From: Welwitschia mirabilis
Lineage: Eukaryota
Direction of reading: 5' to 3'
Assembly (NCBI GenBank): GCA_051453625.1
Contig: JBOZIK010000001.1
Location: 1,497,254-1,546,462, forward strand
Length of the DNA: 49,209 nt
The notes under the pieces: generated by a model
Seen by the model: the letters and a program-made list of their open reading frames with translations, nothing else
What the model was told of the DNA's origin: nothing
The model's database searches: none
In this document: positions 38,728-49,209 of the stretch, one piece after another
How the letters are laid out: every line of letters starts with the position of its first letter
Numbering within the stretch: the first letter of the stretch is position 1
Program-made: the position numbers and the translations under genes

Positions 38728-41700
38728 TCTAATTACTTCCATAGACCATTGAGTGAATTTGGCCTTTAGCTTCCTTCTTTGAAAAGATGTTAGTGAAGGT
38801 GCCTTGAAGCATGCTCATGCATTCTAATAAATAATTCCTTTGCTCTTTTAATTTGTCTAAATCCCTCTTAGTTACTACAAACAAACAAAGGTCCTTTTTT
38901 AACTCTTTACAAGTATTAATTAGTTTATTTCTTGCTTTAAGAAGAGAGATTCTTTGACTTCTTACTTTTGCTGGAAGCTTTTTTATTTCTTCAATAATTT
39001 CTTTTATAATCCAAATACTTTTCTCTCATCTTGCTTCTATTTTTTGAACTATGTCATTGATAATATTTTCATTATAATTAAAGTGATCATAAAATTTATT
39101 TAGGTTAGATTTCTAGACAGTTGAATCTCATTAGAGCTAAATCCTACTTACCTTTTTAGGCTAATTTCTAATAATTTATTTTTGTAAAGAAGTACGCTAT
39201 TTTTTTAAATAATTTTGTGATAAGATCATCATAATTTTAGGTAATTAAAATTTTTTTAATTAACTCAAAATTTTTCTACTAATTGCTATTGTATCAAAAT
39301 TAATTTTTCTTGGTCCACTCTTTTGTTGGACCATCTGACTGTTTTCATAATCTCCTCTTTAATCTCACTTACAAATTTAAGTACATCCTTAGGAAGATGT
39401 TTTTAAGATGACTAGGAATCCAATTTTTTCCTGAGACTAGATATCTCCTTTTCTTATATTTCTATCATCTTTTGTATATTGTGATTTTAATTAAGTGTCT
39501 CTTCCCATTTCGCTTTGTATATGTTATTCTGTTCTTGAATGCTCACTCTACCACATATATTTTATTGGAGTACTCCATATTGAGTAATAATAGAGCATTA
39601 TTATGCATTAAGAAAATGGAATCTTGCTATTTTTGAATGTGTTCTATGTCAAGATGTTTTGACATAGTCAAAATTTTCATCATTTCCAGCAAAATATCAT
39701 CCTTATTAGAGAAAGGTAATTGTGATCTCTACTTTTCTCTTTATAACTCATTTTCTAATTTTGTACTTTAATCTTGAGCATTTGAGAGAGAAAAATGGTA
39801 AAATAAGCTCTCTACCTGACTAATTAATTTGCTTTCCAACTTCACCTTTTCATCTTTAACCCTCTTTTAACTTCTGATTCATAGAAAGAACCTTCACCCC
39901 ACCCCTCCCCTCAACCAAAAAAAAAAAAAACCTTTCAAAATTCACTTTCCATTTCTTGAAATTTTACTTTTTTCTCAAGAGTTAGGTTTTCTTATTGTAG
40001 CTCCTAAGTCTTAGATAATTTTAAAGTTAAAGAATTAATTGAAAAACTTTTATCATCATTCACTACTTTGGAAAAATTGCTCAAACTTAGTTAAGAAAAA
40101 AAATCTATTGTAATGAAAAACAATGTAATGATTCTACAAATTTTTTTTTATAACCTTGCTATAGAGGAAGAGTATGTTAGCTAGAGGTATTATATTCATG
40201 CATTTAACATTTAGATGGGATTAATGTTTTTATTTAAAAGATATCTAGAATAGATAATTATATACTATTTTTGCTCCTAATAAATAATCTTGGGATATTT
40301 TTTCAAAGAAGAACTCTTCTAATTAGTGAAAGAAGCCCCAATTCAATCTTCCTCGATTTTATGATATTTTTTATTATAGAATTTGCTTTACAAATATATT
40401 GAAAAATAGTTTTACAAATATCAATGTTTTCACTAGAGGAGTCCCAAGTTGCATTTGTTAAATAAACTCCTAGTATACTCATCCCTTTCTATTTTTTAAT
40501 GATAAGGGCTAAGTTTTAAGATATAATTCTAATGTTTATGAAGATCTTTAGATCCTTAGTAATATCTATTTCCACCTACCCATCCTTGTTTGTAATACTT
40601 ACAAAATATTTCATACACATATGGATGTCATCTTTTCTATTTACCTCCAAAATAGTTCTGTGTCTAATTGACAAATCCAAATACTTCTAATGTCTTCTAA
40701 TGTTACTTGAATATTAACATTGTTAACTTATGAAGATCAAGTAAAATGATTGTCAACAATAAAAAGATTTTTATAAAATTCATAAACTTCTTCATTCTTA
40801 GAAAATGTTAACTAGTTCCACCATTATAACTCTTCAACTCTATCTTTTAATTTGGTAAAGCTTGTATCTTTAAACAATTTTGAGAAATTTGTAGTAGAAA
40901 TAGTTTTATATTTTATAGAAAATAATAAATAATGTAGGGTTAGATTTGAATTTTAAAAATTTCTTATATGAGATACTCATATAATAAACTCAAGAGAAAC
41001 CCTAAGATTTTCCCTATGCTTAACATTAATGCATCTTAAAATAAAGGGGGAAAATACAACATGTACCTAAAAAAGAAATAACTTGCATGGTGGTGTCAAA
41101 TGATGAATAATTTAAAACATAGCAAAAAATTCCTAATTCTGGAAATGCATAGTGATTGAAATAGAAACTTACCTTTCATGTTGCTACCTTAGGGCCCATG
41201 TATATTCTTGAGATTGATTGATAACCTCTCAAATGACACTTCGATCAATTAAAGGGTCTTTAGATATAAAAATACATAAAATCTTTTTTACCTTTGTTAA
41301 TTTAGATGGAGCTCAAAGGAAATCTTCAAGAAGAAATCAATTATATGAAGAGTGTCTTTGAGCTCCTTTTGAAGGGATCTTTGAAATAGTTAAAAGAGAA
41401 TTTAAGAAGATTTTGACCATAAGTAGGGTATGAGGTGTGGTAAAGATCTAAAAATCTTTATTTTTATATGTTTGCATTGGAAAAAGCCTAAGGAGAGTCT
41501 TCAAATAACTACTAATTACTCAAAGAGGGTCTTCGAGTTCTCCGTTGAAGCTACATGAAAATAATGAGGATCAAAGAGGTAACTCCCTTTTAAAAGAACA
41601 TAGTTAAAGGGGGTAAGCCATTTGTCAAATAGTCTTTGATAGGTGATACATGCCCTTTTTAACATGATGCTAATAAGGATAATAGGCTAGGATAAACTAG

Positions 41701-42539
41701 TACATAATAGGTACTTGATTTATTACATCACCCTTTCAAAGAAATCTTTGAAGGAAAACCCATTTCTCAGTGAATGATTCTTTAATGAGAAGAATATTAA
41801 AAATTTTAATTAAAGAGGATCTTGAAATAAATGATATTTTTAGTCATTGAAATCTTATTATGTGACCGGTGCTTGTTCTTCCACATTACCCTTTTGAAGA
41901 GATCTTCAAAAGGGAAATTATTTCTTATTGAATGAGTCTTTGATGAGAAGGATATTCTTTCATTTCTCTCTATTAATTCAATAAGGGAATACTTTAGAAA
42001 AGATGCATGAAACTTAATACTTTGATTCAAGTATGTGTAAAATTAAGAACTAGGTAAAAGGAAGCAAGGTTTGATCTAGATATTCTAGATTAAATTGGAT
42101 TTTCCTATAAATAATTTTTACTTTTAGATTCACTTTTTTTCATGTTGAATCTTTAAATTATCAAGTCATTTAATTTTATTTTGCTTTATTAAAAGCGCTC
42201 TGAAATAGCTTTTCATTATTTTCATCTTATAAATTCATCTTAAAATATGAAGTTTGTCATCTTCCTATGGCTTTTAACTCCTAAGATTTTTCAACCCTTC
42301 TCTCAACTCCTCCTTAAGTGAAGAAAGTTAATAGATGCTTATTTAGCCTAGGAAACTCTCAAATCAAGATAAATATTACCAGCATTGAAGAGGTATCATT
42401 TCAGGTGATAGCTGAATCCATATATTCCCTTGAATTTCCTTCTTATAAAACTATTATAGAGGTTCTAGTAGCTTTAGATGACATCCTTTATGAGAATGGT
42501 CTAAACAAGTTTAATTATGAAGAAATCCCACCTTCTTTT

Positions 42540-43836
42540 TATTGGACTATATTTGCCAATTGATGTCAAACTAATTTTTTAGTGTAGTGCAAATTGTTAC
42601 ATATTGTGTGAAGATGAAATTGAATTTTGTAGATGAAAGATTTGGACCAAAATACACTAGAGAAACTGCTCAGTTATGTTTACCTTCAGGTGGGGTTGAC
42701 CAGATTATAAAGGGATCAATCACACTTGAAGCAGTTGCAAAGAAATGAACTAAACCTAGAGGCATCGACTAGATTATAAAGGGATTGACCAACTTATGAT
42801 CTCAAAAACCAATAGTCTAGAACGAGAGGAAAGAGGTCGACCAGATATTCATAGGGTCAACTGGATTTAAGAAGCTAACAGTCAAGTCCTAAACTGAGAG
42901 GAGAGGGATCGACCAAATTTTCATGGGGTCAACTGAACCTAAGAAGCTAATAAACTATAGTTCCAAACTGAGAGACAAGGGGTCGACTGGATCCAGGATG
43001 GGGTCAATTAAGTTCTCATGGGGTCGACTGGATTTTTATGAGGTCAACTAGACAATGTGGAAAAGCAAACATTATAAACATTATGTATCTGTTACCTAGC
43101 CATTACCTAGCCATTACCTAGCTATTTCTAATCGTTTATAGCCATTGGAGATGTAATTCATTTATGATAAACCCTAGTAATCCTCCATTATAAATAGCTA
43201 GACAAGATATGATCTAGAAATCTTTTGGAAATTTTCTAAATTAGTATATTCATTATGGATCTGAAAGATTAAGTGGTGTTTTTCATTGGCATATCACTAT
43301 ATAGATTCATATCTGATTGAGAAGATCTATTATTGGAAAAAGAACTTCACTCAGAATCAGATCTAAGGACTTCATCATTGTATTCTATTAGCGAAGAGCT
43401 TCATTCATTATACTGATACTAAACGTGTGATNNNNNNNNNNNNNNNNNNNNNNNNNNNNNNNNNNNNNNNNNNNNNNNNNNNNNNNNNNNNNNNNNNNNN
43501 NNNNNNNNNNNNNNNNNNNNNNNNNNNNNNNNNNNNNNNNNNNNNNNNNNNNNNNNNNNNNNNNNNNNNNNNNNNNNNNNNNNNNNNNNNNNNNNNNNNN
43601 NNNNNNNNNNNNNNNNNNNNNNNNNNNNNNNNNNNNNNNNNNNNNNNTCTAAACTGGTAGTTTATGATTTATTGTCTCTTAATTCATTACTTTCAGTTTT
43701 TCATTTCTCATATGTTCATTCTTGATTTTATTATTTTTATATGCAAGTGGTGATTGAATTACCTAAATGTGTTTTTGAGTCTAAGTTTTTGAAAGAACCT
43801 ATTTATGCCCCTCCTCTAGGGTTCTCGATCCTATCA
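42540..43836 (+). repeat. SIRE 5' LTR (contains an assembly gap)
   Basis: Starts tattggactatatttgccaattgatgtcaaa (cf. tgttgagttatatttccaaattgatgtcaaa) and ends cctctagggttctcgatcctatca. Contains a GGTCGAC-type motif cluster (42690-43050), a 12-bp tandem x3 (about 43092-43126) and a TATA near 43189. Confidence 0.85.
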
Positions 43837-43838
43837 TT

Positions 43839-43850
43839 TGGTATCAGAGC
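43839..43850 (+). promoter_or_regulatory. PBS, initiator tRNA-Met type
   Basis: Exact tggtatcagagc, 2 nt after the LTR end. Confidence 0.95.
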
Positions 43851-43902
43851 TTAGATTAGTCTTTGAGAGATTTTTATAAATTTAAACTTACGAACCCTAA
43901 AA

Positions 43903-46900
43903 ATGAGTAACTCGACTGATGCATTTTAAACTGATCATCCACCTATGTTCAATGGTTCAAACTATGCCTATTGGAAAGCTAGGATGAGAATTTTTCTTAG
44001 ATCTCTATATGCTAATGTAGAAGAAGTCATATAAAAAGGTCATACTATGCTTATGATAACCCAGACAGATGTAAATGGTAATACTATATTGGTTCCTAAA
44101 TCCAGAGATCAATGGACTCTCACATATAAAATAAAAACCACCATAGATACCCATGCTCTTAATTCTATTTTTTCTACAGTGTGTGTAGATGAGTTTAAAA
44201 GAATTGTAAACTATAACCATGCAAAAGAAGCTTGGGATATTTTAGAAGTTGCACATGAAGGAACATCCACTGTTAAAAAAGCAAAACTATAAATGCTTAT
44301 TTCTATATTTGAAGACATTCATATGGATAATGAAGAAACCTTATAGAAATTTTTTGCTAGACTTATAGATATAGTAAAATCAATGGCAAGCCTTGAAAAA
44401 TGCATGGAATAAAGCAAGGTAGTAAGGAAAGTATTGAGATCCTTGCCTAAGAGATTTAAACCAAAGGTAACAGCCATAAAAGAAAGCAAAAACATCAGTG
44501 TAATGGATTGGAAGCACTTCAAGGTAATCTTCAAACATATGTACTAAAATTTACTAAAGATAGAAGAAAAGGTATTACTTTAAAATGTGTATAGGAGGAT
44601 TACAGATCTCACAAATCAGATGAAGAATTTAATGATGATGAACTGGCTATTCTAGCCAGGCATTTTAAAATATTTCTCTATAAGAAAAAGGAAGAAGAAT
44701 CAAGTAGGAATCCAAGGAGAAGCAATCCAAAACAAAAAAAAGAACAAGATAAGAAAAAGGAAATTTAGTGCTACTCATGCAANNNNNNNNNNNNNNNNNN
44801 NNNNNNNNNNNNNNNNNNNNNNNNNNNNNNNNNNNNNNNNNNNNNNNNNNNNNNNNNNNNNNNNNNNNNNNNNNNNNNNNNNGAAGCACTTCAAGGTAAT
44901 CTTCAAACATATGAACTAAAATTTACTAAAGATAGAAGAAAAGGTATGACTTTAAAATGTGTATAGGAGGATTATAGATCTGACAAATCAGATGAAGAAT
45001 TTAATGATGATGAAGTGGCTATTCTAGCCAGGCATTTTAAAATATTTCTCTATAAGAAAAAGGAAGAAGAATCAAGTAGGAATCCAAGAAGAAGCAATCC
45101 AAAACAAAAAAAAAGAACAAGATAAGGGAAAGGAAATTCAATGCTACTCATGCAAAGGATTTGGACATATGGCTAATGAATGTCCCAACACTAGAAGAAA
45201 AAGCANNNNNNNNNNNNNNNNNNNNNNNNNNNNNNNNNNNNNNNNNNNNNNNNNNNNNNNNNNNNNNNNNNNNNNNNNNNNNNNNNNNNNNNNNNNNNNN
45301 NNNNNNNNNNNNNNNNNNNNNNNNNNNNNNNNNNNNNNNNNNNNNNNNNNNNNNNNNNNNNNNNNNNNNNNNNNNNNNNNNNNNNNNNNNNNNNNNNNNN
45401 NNNNNNNNNNNNNNNNNNNNNNNNNNNNNNNNNNNNNNNNNNNNNNNNNNNNNNNNNNNNNNNNNNNNNNNNNNNNNNNNNNNNNNNNNNNNNNNNNNNN
45501 NNNNNNNNNNNNNNNNNNNNNNNNNNNNNNNNNNNNNNNNNNNNNNNNNNNNNNNNNNNNNNNNNNNNNNNNNNNNNNNNNNNNNNNNNNNNNNNNNNNN
45601 NNNNNNNNNNNNNNNNNNNNNNNNNNNNNNNNNNNNNNNNNNNNNNNNNNNNNNNNNNNNNNNNNNNNNNNNNNNNNNNNNNNNNNNNNNNNNNNNNNNN
45701 NNNNNNNNNNNNNNNNNNNNNNNNNNNNNNNNNNNNNNNNNNNNNNNNNNNNNNNATGAATAGGAAGATGAGTTAGAAGAAACTTATCAAGTTTTGTAGA
45801 AAGAATGTAAAAAGATCACCAAGAGAATCAATGAGTTGAATAAAATTATGAAGACCATTACAAAAGAAAAGAAGGAAGTGGAAGAGAAGTGTAAAGTACT
45901 TAAGGCTGATAACTTCAGGTTAATTACCCAGGTAAATAGTCTTTCATTATTTGTAAATAAGTTTTCTCATAGTTAATCTAAACTGGAATAGATACTTAGA
46001 ATATGAAAGCAAAATGAAAACAAATCAGGTATTGGTTTTGNNNNNNNNNNNNNNNNNNNNNNNNNNNNNNNNNNNNNNNNNNNNNNNNNNNNNNNNNNNN
46101 NNNNNNNNNNNNNNNNNNNNNNNNNNNNNNNNNNNNNNNNCTTTAGTATCATCACTTAAGAATGTGCCTAGTACTTTAATATCAAATGACTTAGATATGA
46201 TTGATGAAGAGGAAGATGAGTTAGAGAAACCTATCAAGAGTTGTATGAAGAATGTGAGAAGCTCGTCAAGAGAATAAATGAGTTAAACAAAATGGTAAAG
46301 ACCATTAAAAAAGAAAAGAAAGAAGTGAAAGAGAAGTGCAAATTACTCAAAGCTGATAACTTCAGGTTAATTACCCAGGTAAATAATCTTTCATTATTTG
46401 TAAATAAGTTTTCTCATAGTTAATCTAAACTGGAATAGATACTTAGAATATGAAAGTAAAATGAAAACAAATCAGGTATTGGTTTTGGAGCACAAATATC
46501 ATAAAAACAAGTAAACCAGATAAGTAAGTATGTGTCCAATATCTTATGCAATTTTTGTGGTAGAATTGGTCATTCTAAACTATTTTGTAAATTTAGATAT
46601 ATGATGTTTCCTTCTAAACATGTGAACGCTTTATCATTTAAATTTATTCCTAAGAAGAATATACCACCTGAGTCAAATAAGACTAAGTGGGTTAAAGCTA
46701 ATAATCTCTAAAGCTTTATAATACAAATAAATTGTAGAGAATCTCATTTGAACAGTTGGTATCTAGATAGCGGTTGTTTAATGCATATGATAGGAGATAA
46801 ATAAAGTTTTCAAAGGTTGAAAAGCATAAACAGAGGAGAAGTCATTTTTGAAAATAACTAAACAGCAAAAATAGAAGGTACAGGAAGCATCAAAGGAGCT

Positions 46901-47090
46901 ATATCATCTAATTTTAATAATGTACTTTATGTGAATGGTTTAAAACATAATTGACTAAGCGTTAATCAACTTTGTGATAAAGGGAATAGAATAATATTTG
47001 ATAAATCTAAATGTATAGTGGAGAATGAAAAAAAATTGTTGTTATTTTTAGTTCAAAATGTGTTGATAATACTTATAAATTAGATGTTAA
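43903..47090 (+). pseudogene. SIRE gag-protease pseudogene (gaps and duplicated segments)
   Basis: PPMFNGSNYAYWKARMRIFL; AKEAWDILEVAHEGT; KVLRSLPKRFKPKVTAI; zinc knuckles CYSCKGFGHMANECP (about 45142) and CNFCGRIGHSKLFC (about 46547); WYLDSGCLMHMIGD (46757); VLYVNGLKHN*LSVNQLCD. Confidence 0.92.
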
Positions 47091-48251
47091 AACTCTTAAT
47101 CAACCAATTCTTACAAACCAACATTTCAAAAAAGATTATGATAAAACTAAATGTCTTTCTATCAAATCTGATGTAAACTCTAGTTTTGGTAATTAATTTA
47201 TCTTTCATAAAAGTGATCTGAAGTTTATTATACCATCCCTTGGCTAATTGCAGGGTGGTCGACTAGATCTATGATTCTGTCGACCGGATGTGATCGATTA
47301 ACCATCCTAAAAGCTTGGTCGCCTGGATCCCTTCTAGTACTATAAACCCATGTTTCGAGGGGTTGACCAAATGTATGAGTAATCGATCGGACCTGATAGA
47401 TTACAGTGTGAAAGTATAGTCAGTGGACTTGATTTCTTTCTCAAATCTGCCCTATTTTCCTCAATCTATAAAAGAACTAAAGACCTAACTTGAATCCATC
47501 TCAATCTAATGCCTTTAAGTCTTTAGATCTAGTGAGTTTTCTTCTAGATTAAGAGACTTTTACGGCCCGATCCAGTGATTGTCTCACTCTTCTTTCCTTC
47601 AAAAGNNNNNNNNNNNNNNNNNNNNNNNNNNNNNNNNNNNNNNNNNNNNNNNNNNNNNNNNNNNNNNNNNNNNNNNNNNNNNNNNNNNNNNNNNNNNNNN
47701 NNNNNNNNNNNNNNNNNNNNNNNNNNNNNNNNNNNNNNNNNNNNNNNNNNNNNNNNNNNNNNNNNNNNNNNNNNNNNNNNNNNNNNNNNNNNNNNNNNNN
47801 NNNNNNNNNNNNNNNNNNNNNNNNNNNNNNNNNNNNNNNNNNNNNNNNNNNNNNNNNNNNNNNNNNNNNNNNNNNNNNNNNNNNNNNNNNNNNNNNNNNN
47901 NNNNNNNNNNNNNNNNNNNNNNNNNNNNNNNNNNNNNNNNNNNNNNNNNNNNNNNNNNNNNNNNNNNNNNNNNNNNNNNNNNNNNNNNNNNNNNNNNNNN
48001 NNNNNNNNNNNNNNNNNNNNNNNNNNNNNNNNNNNNNNNNNNNNNNNNNNNNNNNNNNNNNNNNNNNNNNNNNNNNNNNNNNNNNNNNNNNNNNNNNNNN
48101 NNNNNNNNNNNNNNNNNNNNNNNNNNNNNNNNNNNNNNNNNNNNNNNNNNNNNNNNNNNNNNNNNNNNNNNNNNNNNNNNNNNNNNNNNNNNNNNNNNNN
48201 NNNNNNNNNNNNNNNNNNNNNNNNNNNNNNNNNNNNNNNNNNNNNNNNNNN

Positions 48252-48653
48252 NTGACTTCACAATTGGAGTAACACAGAACTAGGGCTTTACCCTACTTTG
48301 TGCTTATCACTAAAATCTATTGCCATTTCTGTGTTAATCTGCATCCTTCTTTGGAGACACTTCAGCCTTTATTACCCATTGGGCGTGCAACTTTGTATTG
48401 CATGCATATCTTTACTCCTTTGAAGAAATCCCCTTCTGAAACGCCAAAAGTAACATATCCAAATGAGACTTTTTCATATTTGAAATGGATTGACTCTCAT
48501 ACTAAGCATATAAAAGAAGCACTCATAGTAGCTGGATATGACATTTTGGATACCTCAGCTAAAGGTATCAACTCTACTCGTACTAGTGGAGATGAATAAG
48601 TTTCAGAGGAGGAATCTGAAGAAGAAGAAGAAGAAGATGAAGAATCAAATTAA
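48252..48653 (+). pseudogene. 3' part of Sirevirus env-like ORF
   Basis: ORF 48300-48599 followed by an EEESEEEEEEDEESN* tail resembling 17310-17390 on the minus strand. Confidence 0.55.
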
Positions 48654-49209
48654 ATCCTTCTTGTTTTTCAGATCATAGTTGTATTGTTCTCTCTTTTTCT
48701 TTTATTGTTGAAAAGAGAGATTTGTACTTGTTAGTGAAATTTTTTTCAGATGTATACTCTTGATAAGCATTTCTTTCTTTCTTTTTCAATTTGAAACTTT
48801 GTAATGGTTTGTTTTTTTAATAAAATCCAATCTNNNNNNNNNNNNNNNNNNNNNNNNNNNNNNNNNNNNNNNNNNNNNNNNNNNNNNNNNNNNNNNNNNN
48901 NNNNNNNNNNNNNNNNNNNNNNNNNNNNNNNNNTGTTAGTGAAATTTTTTTCAGATGTATGCTCTTGATAAGCATTTCTTTCTTTCTTTCTCAATTTGAA
49001 ACTTTGTAATGGTTTGTTTTGTTAATAAAATCCAATCTTATATTCGAGCTTAATTCTTGCATTATTTTGGTAGTTTTAAGTGCAATATATTTGGAACAGA
49101 ATTAAAATTATTATCTCAATTGAAAATAAGTTAAATTTTTTTTCATTGAGTGTTTTCCAATCATATTTTGCATTATCATTTAGTATTGTATTGTGTTCTC
49201 AAAGGGTAT

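Larger units (their letters stand above)
42540..49209 (+). mobile_element. SIRE/Sirevirus internal-deletion derivative (LTR, PBS, gag, protease, env-like ORF; no INT/RT/RH seen); runs off the window end
   Basis: LTR start resembles that of the 15.9-24.5 kb element, perfect Met-i PBS, gag homologous to the 23391 ORF, protease WYLDSGC and an acidic env-like tail. Confidence 0.85.

Noticed and set aside
42690-43050. CRISPR-like repeat-spacer array
   Set aside because: Units are short, degenerate and irregularly spaced, and lie within a plant Sirevirus LTR; no cas genes are present.

Overview
AT-rich, gap-ridden plant nuclear scaffold made almost entirely of old, fragmented LTR retrotransposons. 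I found no host gene or intact ORF. Recognisable elements: (1) a minus-strand Athila-type Ty3/gypsy element (LTR, tRNA-Asp PBS, gag, protease) at 1-4054; (2) two plus-strand Athila-like derivatives lacking RT/RNaseH/INT (about 5.0-8.4 kb and 35.9-38.7 kb), another LTR of that family at 14.45 kb and an isolated Athila integrase relic; (3) two convergent copies of one Ty1/copia family (8.6-12 kb +, 26.4-30.1 kb -); (4) a full-length but decayed SIRE/Sirevirus copia with an env-like ORF (15.88-24.49 kb, -); (5) a related SIRE derivative that keeps gag, protease and env-like ORF but lacks INT/RT/RNaseH (42.5 kb to the end, +). Some weaker Tat-like relics are also present. The most unusual structure is at 2.47-3.41 kb: an inverted LTR copy whose PBS runs about 45 nt into tRNA-Asp, to just past the anticodon, and then folds back onto its own U3. 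It looks like a fossil tRNA read-through, snap-back reverse-transcription product. All family calls rest on motifs recognised by eye; no database search was run.
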